Origin: Minutocellus sp. GHC0000111
Lineage: Eukaryota
DNA: 64,000 nucleotides
Reading direction: 5' to 3'
NCBI GenBank assembly: GCA_977018835.1
Contig: OZ361259.1
Coordinates: 2,790,001-2,854,000 of the forward strand
Part shown: piece after piece, positions 47,501 to 59,600 of the stretch
Position numbering within the stretch: the first letter of the stretch is position 1
How the letters are laid out: each line of letters opens with the position of its first letter
The notes under the pieces: model-generated
Told to the model about the DNA's origin: nothing
The model's database searches: none
What the model saw: the letters and a program-made list of their open reading frames with translations, nothing else
Position numbers and translations under genes: made by a program

Positions 47501-50172
47501 GAAGGTTGGCGTTGACCTCGGCGAGCTCAGCATCAAGGACGGTCTTGGCCTCATCTTTAGCAGCGGTAGCCTGTGCCTTGGTTGCAGCGGCTCTATTCTT
47601 GGTCTGCAGAGCAGCCTGCTCCTCGTCGACAGCGGCATTCTTGGCCTCCTCAGCCTCGACCTTGACGGCAGTTGCCTCTTTGTAGGCAATCTCAGCCTCG
47701 ATGGGCAGGCGGTACCTCTCGGCAGCAGTGGCATCTGTGGCTTCCGCACGGGCGGTAGCATCATCGAATGCCGTCTTCATGGTAGCCTCGTAGGCAACGA
47801 CCTGGTCGTACTTCTTGGTGAGAGCAGTTGCCTTGGCCTGAGCCTCGGCATGGGCGGTGGTGGCATCTTCGAGCTGAGTGGTGGCGACTTCAAGGTTGTG
47901 GGTGGCAATCTCGTAGGCCGATCGGGCGGTGAAGAATTCGTCGACGGCCTCGGCGGCCTCGGCGGTTTTGATCGTAGCCTCGTCGAGGGTTTGGGTCTCA
48001 CCGACGTAGGAAGCGGCGTCACTTTCACCAGTAGATGCGGTACCTCCATCTGAAGCGCCACCTGCATTGGTTAATGCGAGATTATCATGAGGGAGATGAA
48101 AAAAAATAAAGGTCAGAGAAGTGGCAGGCGCAAAATGCAAACATGGGAAGGATGCGATCATATGAGTTTGGCGAGAAAAGCAAACAAGCACAACGTACCA
48201 GTATCGGCACCGGTACCGGCAGAAGGCGAAGCAGGCCTGGCGGCACCCACCGGGCAAGAATCGCTTCCACAGTACGATGCCAGAGTGCTGGCATCTCCAA
48301 TACTGCAGAGGGTGGTGTCTACGGGAGAGGCTGCATCGCAGGTATCCGTCGTGGCCTGAGACTCGTTCTCGCAGCAGCTCAAGCTTGTATCGCGAAGAGA
48401 AATGTCATCATTTTGGTTGGCCAGTTTGTGGCAGCCATAATCCTCGAGGCAACTGCCCACAATGTCACCGAATGCATTGTTGCGGGCGAGGTCTTCACAG
48501 ACATGTTCGCCACGACACGAGCCTATAATGTCGCCTACGCCTGACTCCTCTTTAGGAATTAGGCCGTTAGAGACCGGGCCAACTTCATGAGGCATTGCCA
48601 TTGCCAAATATCGACAGCTTGCCGTGCCAACGCAGCTGTCGTACACATCCCCAACAATTCCCTCTCTGGCCATACCGTAGCAGCTTGCCGTGCCGATGCA
48701 GCTGCGAACAATGTTCCTGCTCGGGTTGGCGATGCCCTTGTCTATGTAGACGCAGGATCCGTGGCCCGTGTCGTGGCAGGAGTCGACGATGTCGCCCATC
48801 GGTCCGCTGCCGTGGGTATCCGCCCAGCAGCCTTTGTAGCCGTAGGGGCTGGCCCCGGTCGTCGAGTCGGGGTTGGTGCAGCTGTTGAAGACGTTGCCCA
48901 CTTCGGAATTGACGCTCCCCAGGGCGTAGCACACCTGCCACCCCCCTCCGCAGGAGTGGACCATATCCTTCACCTTCCCGCCCTTCCACCCGACCAGCAC
49001 GCACTGCCGGGTGTACATGTCCCTTTCGGGCACCGTGTCGATCGGGGCGAGGGTCAAATGGTCCGTCGCCGCCGCGTCGGGATTGGTGTTGCAGCTGTTG
49101 AGGACGTTCCCGACCGAGCCCCCCTCGCCGGCCAGCTTGAAGCAGGCCTTCTCCCTGCTGCGGCACGAGTTGTGGATGCGCGGGACGGCGTTGGCCGTCT
49201 TGGGATGGGCCACGCTGTCGCAGGCGAATCGTCCCTGGCAGCCGTTGATAATCTCGCCAACGTTGGCTTTGAAACAGGCATTGAACCCTTCGCTGTAGGA
49301 GCCATCCCGGCAGACCCTGCCGGTGAAGAGGAGGCAGGCGTTCACGTCGCCGTCTCCCGAGTCGTTTCGGCAGCAGTCGTACCCGCCAGCGCCATTTGCG
49401 CAGGCATCGTGGCAGGTCGTATCGGAAGTTGGTTCGCCGTTGGCATCGCACTCGCCCTCGAAGCCGTTGCAGCACGTAACAAAGCCGGCGTCGCACGTGG
49501 CAAAGTACGGCGAAGGATCCCACACGGAGGGGTCCCACCACTCCCCGGGCTGGGTGAAGAAGGATGGCTGCGTTTGTTATTGAATACAAGGACATGTGTA
49601 TGCATGTGTGCATGAGAGCAAGAATGAGCATTCAGCCAGCCAGCAGTCCGTTGCCGTGAGCATGCAAAGGACGAAAAGTGAGACGGATGCAAGCATCAAT
49701 CGCAAGTCAGAATACAAGCAAGCAAGCAAGGCAAGGGTAGGGACTACAGTCCGCATGCATCTCACGCAGAAGCAGTACTCGAGCAATATAAGCAACCATT
49801 CGGCATACGACTCATGCTCCATGCTTGGGGTGTCCTACATGTAGCTACGTAGCTACGTAGCAAGCGTGTGCCGCAACAATCCAAAAGTAGCCCAAAGCCT
49901 TTTCATTTTCAGGAACATGCTGCATGCATAATTATATAACATCCAGATCAATCCAAACAACGCACCGTGGACTGCTCGAGGGAACGGGCGACAGCGGACT
50001 TGGCCGCAGCGGCCTCATCGGAGGTCACCTTCTCTGCCTGGATCGCGGTTGGCACCTTGGCGGCACTATTAGTACCGCCGAGACGTCCGGACGAAATTTT
50101 GCCGGCCACCGCAGCAGCGACGGAGGGGATCGAAAGGGCGAGGCAAACGAAGTGCAAACCGACGCACTTCAT
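44544..50172 (-). CDS. Five-exon type I membrane/cell-surface mosaic protein with Cys-rich repeats, coiled coil and thrombospondin type-3-like Ca-binding repeats
   Basis: Exons 50172-49966, 49549-48199, 48061-46915, 46796-45568 and 45463-44544 join in frame through GT-AG introns. Signal peptide plus RSL; SCxGxxxC repeats; Ala/Glu-rich helix; many DxDGDGxxDxxDxCP repeats; C-terminal hydrophobic helix VGVIAGAAVASALVVA. Confidence 0.82.
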
Positions 50173-50954
50173 GGTGAGTTCGATTCTTGGAGGGGGCGAG
50201 AAAACGAAGCAGTTGGAAAAAGAGGCTCTGTTTTGTGTGCGTGCGGCAGGCAGGCACAGATGCTGCTGTCGATATGTTGTGGGCAGAACGACAAAAGTGC
50301 AAAAGTAGTGGAGGTGAGAAATATAAGGCTCGTATGGGCACATGTCGATGTTGTTGAACATGGATCTTCAGTCAGCTGGACGAGAAAGCACGCGAGGCCG
50401 AAGAAACAGGCACGCACAAAATGAAATTCATGTACATTGGTCTCCGTTTCGCCACGCCCAGGCCAGTAGGCAGGGCTGATCTCCGCCAACGCAAGCAAGA
50501 GCAGCGGCAGCGAAAAAGTAGCAAGCAACGAAAGTCCAATCAAATAAGCAACATAACATGTACAAATCAAACGCACTCACCTCTCGGAATGGCTTCACAA
50601 GGAACCAATTCTTCGAATTGTGGGAGGAAGCGAGAAAGCAAGCTGAGGGAGATTCATTCAAGTCCACACCTGGTCTGCTCCCTCTCCAAGTAAGTCGATG
50701 CATGTACCGCCCAAACAGGATGCAATGACCTGCCGAAAGTCATGGATGGTCTCTATTTCGGATCGACGTCATATAGAAAAGATAAGTCAAACGACTGGTG
50801 TGATTTCCAAACGCTGTCCGGCCACATCAGAATGACCTGCCGCCGCTTGCTGTGTGTGCCGTTGGCGAAGTGATAAAATGGAAGAGACGTGGCGGAATTG
50901 CCGTCCGCCACATCAGCCTCGCGATGTAACACGTCGCTTGTCGGTCGAAATGAG

Positions 50955-51045
50955 AACGGGCGGTCTTGTCGTCCTCGATCGGTCCGGCCGTCGGCGGCAT
51001 AGCTACACGTAAGTTTGGCATCTGCTTGTCGCCATCGGACGACAT
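50955..51045 (-). pseudogene. 5' fragment of the ankyrin gene family seen at 54894 and 63784
   Basis: Encodes GPIEDDKTAR; nucleotide sequence nearly identical to 55881-55910. Confidence 0.6.
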
Positions 51046-51410
51046 GTCATGATGGTATCGATCTCAATCAAGATATGGCCACAGGCGCAATTGGTGCCCC
51101 TGAAAGGCAGCAAACCATACGCTCAACATGCCTCGCAACCAGGGAGGGACGACCAAGGGAGAACACACATGGCGAAACGCGAGCGGCCAGGTGGTTTACA
51201 CGTCATAAAGAACCTGAGCCAGACACAAAAGATCTTGGCGTCGTCGTCAAAGACTAACCCTAACAGCAGCAGCGAAACCGCACAGCAGACGGCGGCGGGA
51301 GCATGAATGACTTTCATCTTTCCTGCATAGATCACATAGCGCCTCCCTCTGCCGCACTGGATTGAATCGCTCAACATAAGCATATATATTCAATTATTCC
51401 TTGTCTTCAA

Positions 51411-52837
51411 ATGTCATCCTTCTCTCCGGTCCAGCGGGCCATGGCGATCGCCCCCAAGTGCAGCGGGTTCATTTCGTTGTGCGCCTCGACGTACATCGTG
51501 CAGCACGTTTTGCGTGACCGAAAGCGCCGGAACCTCACTTACCATCGCCTGCTGTGTGGCATGTCCATCAGCGATATGTTTGGATCGTTCATGTGCTTCC
51601 TATCGACCTGGCCGATCCCCCGCGGGGAGGCCTTCCTGGCCTCTGGCACCGTCCAAACCTGCGCCGCGCAGGGATTCTTCAATCAGAGCGCCGCGCTTTG
51701 CACTCCGACGTACAATATCAGTCTGGCCATTTATTATCTACTGGTCGTTGTGGGAGGTTGGAAAGAGAAGCGCGTCGAGGGAATCGAAAAGTACCTGCAC
51801 GCCCTACCGATCGTGGCTGGTCTCGGAACTGGCATCGCCGGACTAATCCTCAAGCTGTACAACGGGGCTGGTTGGATCTGCTGGATCGCACCCGGCCTGC
51901 CCAACCATCCCGAGCGGCACAATCCCAATTATGGCGTGTTCCGTCTAGCGTTTCTGTATGCCGATGCCTGGGCCATTATTGTATTTCTAGCGGTAACCAT
52001 GGCAGTTATCTATTATCATGTTCTCAAGCAAGAGCGATCGTTGGATAAGTACTGCTCGAGCAGCTTCGCATCCAAGAAGAGGAAGCAAAGCAAGAAGATT
52101 CGGAACCAGGCATTCCTCTACGTCGCCGCGCTGTACATGACTTGGATATTTGGGTCGGTGAGTAAACGAATATGCACATACGAGGCAGGAGTATCTATAA
52201 TTATATATATTCTTCATCTCTCAACTCAGATTTTTTCTCTACATACATGTACACACTCATTCCATTTATCAGACCTTCCGACTTATGCAATTCGCCGGAA
52301 AGAAGCCCCCTCCGGCCATCATCGTGCTCTTTGTGACCTTCTTTCCATTGCAAGGCTTCTTCAATCTTGTGGTCTACAAGTTCCCTCAGATCCATCGTTA
52401 TTTTGAGAAGAAGAGGAAAGGATCCGTCTCTGCTTCGATTAGCAGTAGTGGTGGTTCAATCACTTCTTTATTGTCATCTATTCGCCGCAACAAAATGGAA
52501 AAGAAACAGCGGAAGAAGGGCAAGGACAAAGTCGATGCCAGACTTACAAGTGTCACGTTGGAATCAGAGAATCGTACCTCCACCATTGTGAAAGAATCGG
52601 AGGTACCTGCTGGTAATGATCATGATGTCGAAGAGGTGAATAATGTGGGACAATCCATCCGCCGTTACCTTTGCACCCGACGTGGAACTGAAGGAATGTG
52701 ATTTGTCTTTGGACAATGCAGAGCGTATCGAGGGCGGATGGGAGGATGAGAATGGTGCCTCGAATTGCGAAGATGACAACGACGCCGACAACAATAGTGA
52801 TGCAATTGATGAGCTGGCACATGTTGTTGAGGCATGA
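51411..52837 (+). CDS. 7TM GPCR-like protein (Git3/cAMP-receptor-like)
   Basis: Exon 1 51411-52157, intron 52158-52272, then exon 2. TYHRLLCGMSISD, GTVQTCAAQGFF, YNISLAIYYLLVV, CWIAP, QAFLYV, FPLQGFFNLVVY. The frame stops at 52701, but an acidic tail in another frame runs to 52837. Confidence 0.85.
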
Positions 52838-53337
52838 TGCGTGATTTTCACTTACCGGCACTTTGTATAATAAAACTGTGTTCCTAGAGCATAATTCAGA
52901 GGATTATAGATTGTTATGTATTAGATTGTTATGTATTAGAAATGGCCCACATGAAGCTTACCGGTACGTTTTGGAGAAGAGGACGTGAGTCAGTCGTCGT
53001 CGTCTCTTCTCGTGCGAGCTTGTGGTCGAAGGTTTCCATGACACGTCATCGTTCTTCGCCGTCGAGGGTCGCACAAAACGACATCGCGACAGTCGCGTCG
53101 CGGCAGCCACGCAGCCCAAAGCAAGAACACAACGGCAGGCCGAGCGGCAGGCAGTGCGGCAAGGCAGGTAAACCGTGCAATTACGTGTAATTGCAAAGCA
53201 AAGATTTACAGAGAGTTGGGCGCGGGCCACACCCCTTGCTTGATCTGCCACCCGCCGCGTGCTGCTTTCAACTGATCTTTCAGTTCGGTAATACTATTTT
53301 ATAAATTGAGCACAAACCAGCACAAATTGAATAAATC

Positions 53338-54788
53338 ATGCCCGAGTGGAACCGCCTGTCGGACCTGCGGGTATGGGATTTGACGGCGAATTCCACCCGG
53401 TGGGACATGGCCACGGCCGCCCCGTCCTCCGAAACTCTTCACATTCAGTTTGCCATTCTGGCCTTTATCAATTCTGTCGTCGGTTGTCGTGCCTGCTGCT
53501 TCTGGTGGCCATCTTCCGCGTCAAGACGGTTCGCGAAAAGGCCTTCAACTGCTACCTGGCCGCCATTACCTTGCCCGATTTCGTCGGCTCCTTTTCGTGT
53601 GTCATCACATGTGCCATGTCGGCCACGGTTAGCACGTATTACTCCGAGGTCATGTGCGGCTGGCAGACGTTCTACCTGGTCTGGGGATTCACGGCCAACT
53701 GCTGGATGAACGCCGTGATTGCGCATCAATTATACAAAATGCTTCGCGTGTCGCACTTTCGGGGAAGATATCATCCACCCACGCGGAAACGCGTGGCTCT
53801 GCAGGCTCTGTGTGTGTATCTGTACGAGGCCGTCATCGCAACCCTTTCGACGTGGAATATACCCGCTGTACCGCTCCGGGCTGGAAGTTACAGCGGATTC
53901 GCGTGCTTCCCCAAGGATTACGACGTCCCCTCCTCCATCTTCTTCTGGTTGGTCTTCGTGCCGGCCTTTCTGCTCATCCCACTGGGATACGTCCTGGTTT
54001 GCGTCATCATTGTGTTCCGAAGGGGGATGCTACCCCCCATCGGCCGACGACGGAATCTGGCCGTGTACTTCTTCCGGCTGGTCTTCGTCTTTGTGGCCAT
54101 GTGGCTGCCCTTCATCATTATTGCCTTCATCGTCGGACCGGCTAGACCAGGTGTGGAATCGTCGTGGCTGCCCTGGACGAGTGCCGCATGGAGTCATTTG
54201 CAGGGATTGGCGTCGGTTCTGACCAGCCTGACCAAACCCGACATCAAGAATGCCTATCTGGGCACTCTCACCTTTGGGTGGTGGGATCGCAAGGTCGAGC
54301 GAGAAAAGGCCGGAAGCTCCAAGCGACGAGGATCCAGCACTCGCCGCAACTCATCCCTCAACGAATCCGAAGCCGACGGCGACCACAACAAACAGCGCCG
54401 CAGGGCAACGATGTCGTTCTCCATCCGCAAGTCGTTGGACTTTTTGTGCAATGGGCCGACATCCACGGGAAATGTCAGTTCCAAGGAACAGCAATCGGAT
54501 ACTAGAGCCGCGACAAGGGATAGCTTCATCTCCCAAGGCGGACAAAGCAGCCGCAGCATTCGGGGTGAATCGGGTGCATCGGCAGCAGAGAGAATGGTAC
54601 AGGAGGAGGCGAAAGAGGAGGAGAAGGAGCTTGACCCAAATATTCCAGAGCTCAAGGCCGCCAAAGAACGGCAAGCACAGGAAGATTTGGAGGTTGGGAG
54701 TGGCGATGATGACGATGATCTTGGTGCTTCCGACGACGAAGATGAGTTTCAGGATGAAGACGTGGAGTCCGACATTCGTCGGCAATAG
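53338..54788 (+). CDS. Second 7TM GPCR-like protein; frameshift near 53485
   Basis: N-terminus and TM1 in ORF 53338 (...FAILAFINSVV) continue in ORF 53346 (LSCLLLLVAI...FNCYL...MCGWQ...WMNAVIA...YFFRLVFVFVAMWLP...HLQGL...KPDI); acidic C-tail. Confidence 0.8.
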
Positions 54789-54893
54789 CAAGGAATGTAA
54801 AAGTGCTGGGGATTTTATACATGTAAATTATTTCAATATTTTGAAATGCACATGCCCATGTTCTTATAGCGCTTACATGTCTACCAATTGGTA

Positions 54894-55991
54894 CTAACTG
54901 AATTCAAAGCAATGATCCGGCAAGTTAGAAATTGTGAGGTGTAAAGCGATGCCATGAAAGGTTCTCAGCCGGGATAATTCTTTTTTGCTTTTCAAGATCC
55001 CCAAGTATGCGCCAACCCTCTCCAAAATCCCAGGGTAAGCCAAAAGGCACGAATTACTACTCTCTGGTCTCCCGATATCCGATTGCAGCTGGTCCCATAA
55101 TGCCCGACCTTTCCCATTTGCCTTAATCTCCTCTATCACAATCGATGCTGCCCCTTCACTTCCGAGTTTTTTCACCAAAAGATTCTTCAATTCGTTTTCG
55201 GAAAAGTTTGGTGTAGGAAGTGTTCCCAGAAGGAATGTATGAAATGCGTCGGTTTGCATCAGCAAGTCATTGGTCAAATTCATAAGAATCCCCTTCGCTT
55301 TTGCCAGTGCGTTTTTCGCATGCGTGATGGAGACAATAGGATTGTCCTCGTCTATCCGCATCCCAAGGACAGATGCATGGAACGTGGCAGCACAGCAAGC
55401 AAGGGCTTGCGATAGATCGAGTTGTCCAGGTATAAATTCGAGAGCACCATTACGGATGAACCATTGTGCCAGTTCGACCATTTCTCTATCCTCAGTATCG
55501 TCAGACCAGCGATCTCTTCTTATTTTTCGGAAGCAGAGACTTAGGGGTTTGGGATCGTTGGAGTCGGCGTACACGAAGGCATCTTCTTCCGCTCCGTGGC
55601 AAAATAGCCATTTGGCCACCTTGGGGTGGCTGTAATAGATAGCCGCGTACAATGGGGAGAAAATCTCCTCATCCAATGGAACTGCCATGTGTTCTGCTGC
55701 CACTGCTGTTGTCGTAGCCTCCCGAACGTGGTACAGATATCGACACATGGGCAAGTCGCCGATAGACGCAAAGTAGGCCATCGGCGTTATATTATCCCAA
55801 GTGTACCTGCCTACTACATCCTCCGAATGAGCGCTGTGAGCATCGTCTGGGTCAAAGCCGACCTCTCGCAGTTCCTCTCTGGCGGTCTTGTCGTCTTCGA
55901 TCGGTCCGTCGGCTTCGTATGTTTTCTGCCTCTTGGCGGTCGGCTGGGAATTTTCGGAGGACACGGAATGATCATCGTTAGACGAGGACAT
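54894..55991 (-). CDS. Ankyrin-repeat protein
   Basis: ATG at 55991 (MSSSNDD); TPMAYFASIGDLPMCRYL and SPLYAAIYYSHPKVAKWLFCHGA; C-terminal FHTFLLGT...ILERVGAYLGI. Confidence 0.78.
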   Translation of the reverse strand: MSSSNDDHSVSSENSQPTAKRQKTYEADGPIEDDKTAREELREVGFDPDDAHSAHSEDVVGRYTWDNITPMAYFASIGDLPMCRYLYHVREATTTAVAAEHMAVPLDEEIFSPLYAAIYYSHPKVAKWLFCHGAEEDAFVYADSNDPKPLSLCFRKIRRDRWSDDTEDREMVELAQWFIRNGALEFIPGQLDLSQALACCAATFHASVLGMRIDEDNPIVSITHAKNALAKAKGILMNLTNDLLMQTDAFHTFLLGTLPTPNFSENELKNLLVKKLGSEGAASIVIEEIKANGKGRALWDQLQSDIGRPESSNSCLLAYPGILERVGAYLGILKSKKELSRLRTFHGIALHLTISNLPDHCFEFS

Positions 55992-56629
55992 GATGATGAT
56001 TGGGTTCGCAAGCAAAGAAGGAATAATGTGTAATGCAAACACTTGAATGATGCTCCTCCGTCCGCAGAGGCAGGAATTCCTCCGCTTCGAGAGGTTTTTC
56101 TTCCGTCTGGGCGCCTCTCGACTTTTTCTGGTCCCGGCCCGCCAAATTATTTTCTCGCGCGCCGGCCCGTCCGCGCGCCGGACGAGCATTTTATGGACCA
56201 ATCGAAAATAGTTGGCCAACAGGTTTCGGTCAAAGGGGGTGGCGATGCCGGCTCGTTTTGGCGTGGCCGGCTGGAAGCCCGCGCAAAATTCAATGTATGG
56301 CAAGCAAGCTCATTCAAACCGGCACATCATCTCCAGGCAAGGACGAGTGAGAGAGGTGGGATCGATTGCATATTGCATCGATCGCATTTGATAAGCAATC
56401 TTGCATTTCGTCGGCCATTTGTCGCCAGAGAATAAGTCGCAGTTGCAGTCGCAGCGTATCTTGCGTTCCTCTCGGCCGCCAAAGAACCAGCACATCTCGT
56501 GCCGCATTGCATTTTCCAATCTCCCGCGCAATTCAACAATTCAATTCATTTTTTGAACCCGCCATCTTCTACCACCCTGCCACCAATATCAGCCACCAAA
56601 CCACAACTAGCCATCAGCCACAATCCAAA

Positions 56630-59600
56630 ATGTCCTCCCGCCAGACGAAGAAGGCGGCCCTCGCCGCATTGCGGCAGCGCCGCTCGGGCCTGGCGGCCAC
56701 CTCGTCCAAGCTCGAGGAGTACGAGGTGGCCGACGAGGGGGACGTGTACGACGTCGTCGACGAGGCCGAGTACGAGGAGCTCGTCGAGAAGCGCCGGCAG
56801 CGCGAGGACTTCGTCGTCGACGACGGTAAGTTTTCATTGCATTCTGCGCGCTTTGTTTTTGTGCATTGTGATTAGATGCAGTTTTGGGGGTGCACTTTGT
56901 TTCTGCATTATGTTTGTATTCCTCTGCACTGACAACTCACCCTTCTTCATATCATTCCTCGTATACAATGTATGCATCTACATCCCAACCTCACAGACGG
57001 ACTGGGCTACCACGACGACGGAGAGGAGCACTGCAACGAGGACGACGACGGCGGGGCTCAGTTCGCCAAGAAGAAATCCGGCAAGAACGCCGCCCTGACC
57101 AAGGACGCCCTGAGGCGTGCCCGCAAGTCCAAGGAGATGGCTTCCATGGGCGGTGGAGACGGCGAGGATGGAGACGGCAGCGGTGGAGGCAAGAGGGGAG
57201 GAGGAATGTGGGACTTTGTCAACAGGGGCGTCGGGGGGGCTGCTGCCGCCACCGCTTCTCGCAAGAGTTCCGGTGGTGGTTCTGCTTCTTCAATTGCTGG
57301 TGCAACTGGCAGCAGTTCGGCCGCCCGGTCCAAGGTCCGCGGAAATGGAGGCGGGGGGTCCAACCTCGACGACCTCCTCGGTGACTTGGATGATTCCTAC
57401 CCCTCTTCCAGCACCAAGCATCGCACCGGCGGTGCTTCGAAGGGTGGTGCAGCCCGTGGCGGTGCCCGCCGCGGCGTGTACGGATCTTCTGCCGCCTCTC
57501 GGGGAGGTGGGGCCCGGGGAGGCGCCACCTCTCGGGGGGGGGGCGTGCCAGCTTGGGCGGCAGGGCGCGCTACCACCAGCAACAGGCAGAGCAGCAGCGA
57601 CCTGTGGAATCCCACCAGTTTGGTGACGACGACGACGATGCCCCCATGCCCTTTGCCGACGATGACGACGACGATGAGGCTGTTGGAGGTGGCAGCATGG
57701 ACGTCGAGCCTTCGCCGGTCACGAGCGGTACCACCACCGCCGCCGTCGGCGAGAAGCGCAAGGTTGCCGACGATGCCGATGGAGATGAGGGGGACGCCGA
57801 TGCATCCTCCCCCAGCTCCAAGAAGGTATCGTTCGAAAAGTACGATAACGCCAATGCCGACATGGAGGTGGACGGCGAGGCAAAGGCTGCCACCACCGCC
57901 AGTACCACCAAGGCCCCCCGCCGTCGTCAGTTTGCCAAGGCCAAGGTGGGCTCCAAGATGTCCGCGCCTCTCCGGGCCGCCATGGAGGCCAAGAGGGCCC
58001 AGCAGGCCGCCGTCGCCAGGGTCACCCAGGCTTCGGCATCTGCTCAGGTCAAGCAGGAGGGTGCTGCCAAGTTCACCGGCGCAGCCAACAATGGTGGTAT
58101 GTCCACCACCGCCCCCCGCTCTCTGGATGCCACCTCGGCCTCGTTCCGTCCCGACGTCATCGAGGGGGAATCGAACCAATCCGACGAGATGAAGGCTGCC
58201 GCGGCCGCCAATTTGGAAAGCGTGATTCAAACCGAAACGGACGTCGCGGAGGGCAAGGACGCCAACCGTTATCTGGACTTTTTCTGGACCGATGCCAAGG
58301 AACATCCCAGCCGCAAGGGTACGATTTTGTTGTTTGGCAAGGTGGAGGTCAATGCCGCCCACAATGCCAAGTCCAAGGCGAACAAGGCCGCACCTCCCAA
58401 ACAGCACGTCAGCTGCTGCGTCGCCGTATCGGGCAACAGCCGCAACCTCTTCGTGCTGCCGCGCAAGAAGGAGGGAGGATCCGACGGCAACGAATTCGAA
58501 TCCATGATGGACGTCCACACCGAGCTCAAGTCGGTGCTGCAGCCGGCCTGCATCCCCAATCGCGAGGGGGCCAGCTGGGGTGGCAAGGTGGTCGATCGGC
58601 AGTATGCCTTCCACGACGCCAGCGTGCCCCGAGATGCCACCAAGGTTGTTTATGATGCGCAGTATCCCGTCCCGGCCGAGGAGGTTTGCATGAACGGCGG
58701 CAGATACTTCCAGAAGATCTTTGGGGCCGGTGCCTCCAACCTCGAGAACTTCATCGTCAAGCGCAAGCGTGAGTTGTGTATTAGATTGATTTGCTTTGGA
58801 TGGTATGATCGATGTGATTATTGGCTTATCAAGCTAACTCATGTCATTTTAATCATCTCCTCGTCTCTTTGATTATCGATGCAGTGATGGGACCCTGCTG
58901 GATCCGCATTAAGAATCCCGAGCCGGCCTCGTCCCTCGTTTCGTGGTGCAAGCTTGAGTGCCAGATTGATAACCCCAAGAACATCACCCGTCTTGACCTC
59001 GTCCAGGGCAACGGCGGTGGTACCCGCTCCCCTCCTCCCGTCACCACCGTCTCCATCAAGGTCAAGACGGTCGTCAACCCCAAGACGCACAAGAACGAGG
59101 TCGTGTCCGTCTCGGCCGTCGCTCACAAGAACGTTCTGCTCGATACCGCCTCTGACGAGGGCACCAGGCACATGACCCAGCTGTCCCTCATCCGTCCTCT
59201 CGGAGTGACCATCGCCGAACATGCCGGCAACGTTATGCCGCAGTTCCCTCGTGATTTGGATTCGCACATTCAGGGCAACATGCCGCAGCTGCAGAAGATG
59301 ACCAACGAGCGTGCTCTGCTCAGCCGCCTTTTCACCCAGCTGGGTCAGTGGGATCCCGACGTCATCGTCGGTCACAATGCCTGGGGTTTCGATATGGAGG
59401 TTCTTCTTGCTCGTTGTGTCGAGCTCAAGGTAGCCATGTGGTCCAAGGTTGGTCGTCTCCGCCGTATGAAGCTCCCCGGCAAGAACGAGTTTGCCAGCGG
59501 CAAGGACTGGGCCATCGCCAATGCCATGACCGGCCGTCTTCTTTGCGATACCTACCTGAGCTCCAAGGAGTTGCTTCGGGAGACCACCTACTCCCTCAAG

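Noticed and set aside
52907..52940. 15-bp tandem duplication TAGATTGTTATGTAT
   Set aside because: Simple slippage duplication in a 3' region; no spacers, not CRISPR-like.
57530..57545. Programmed frameshifting in POLA1
   Set aside because: The break is in a G homopolymer and the window has many similar indels; a sequencing error is more parsimonious.
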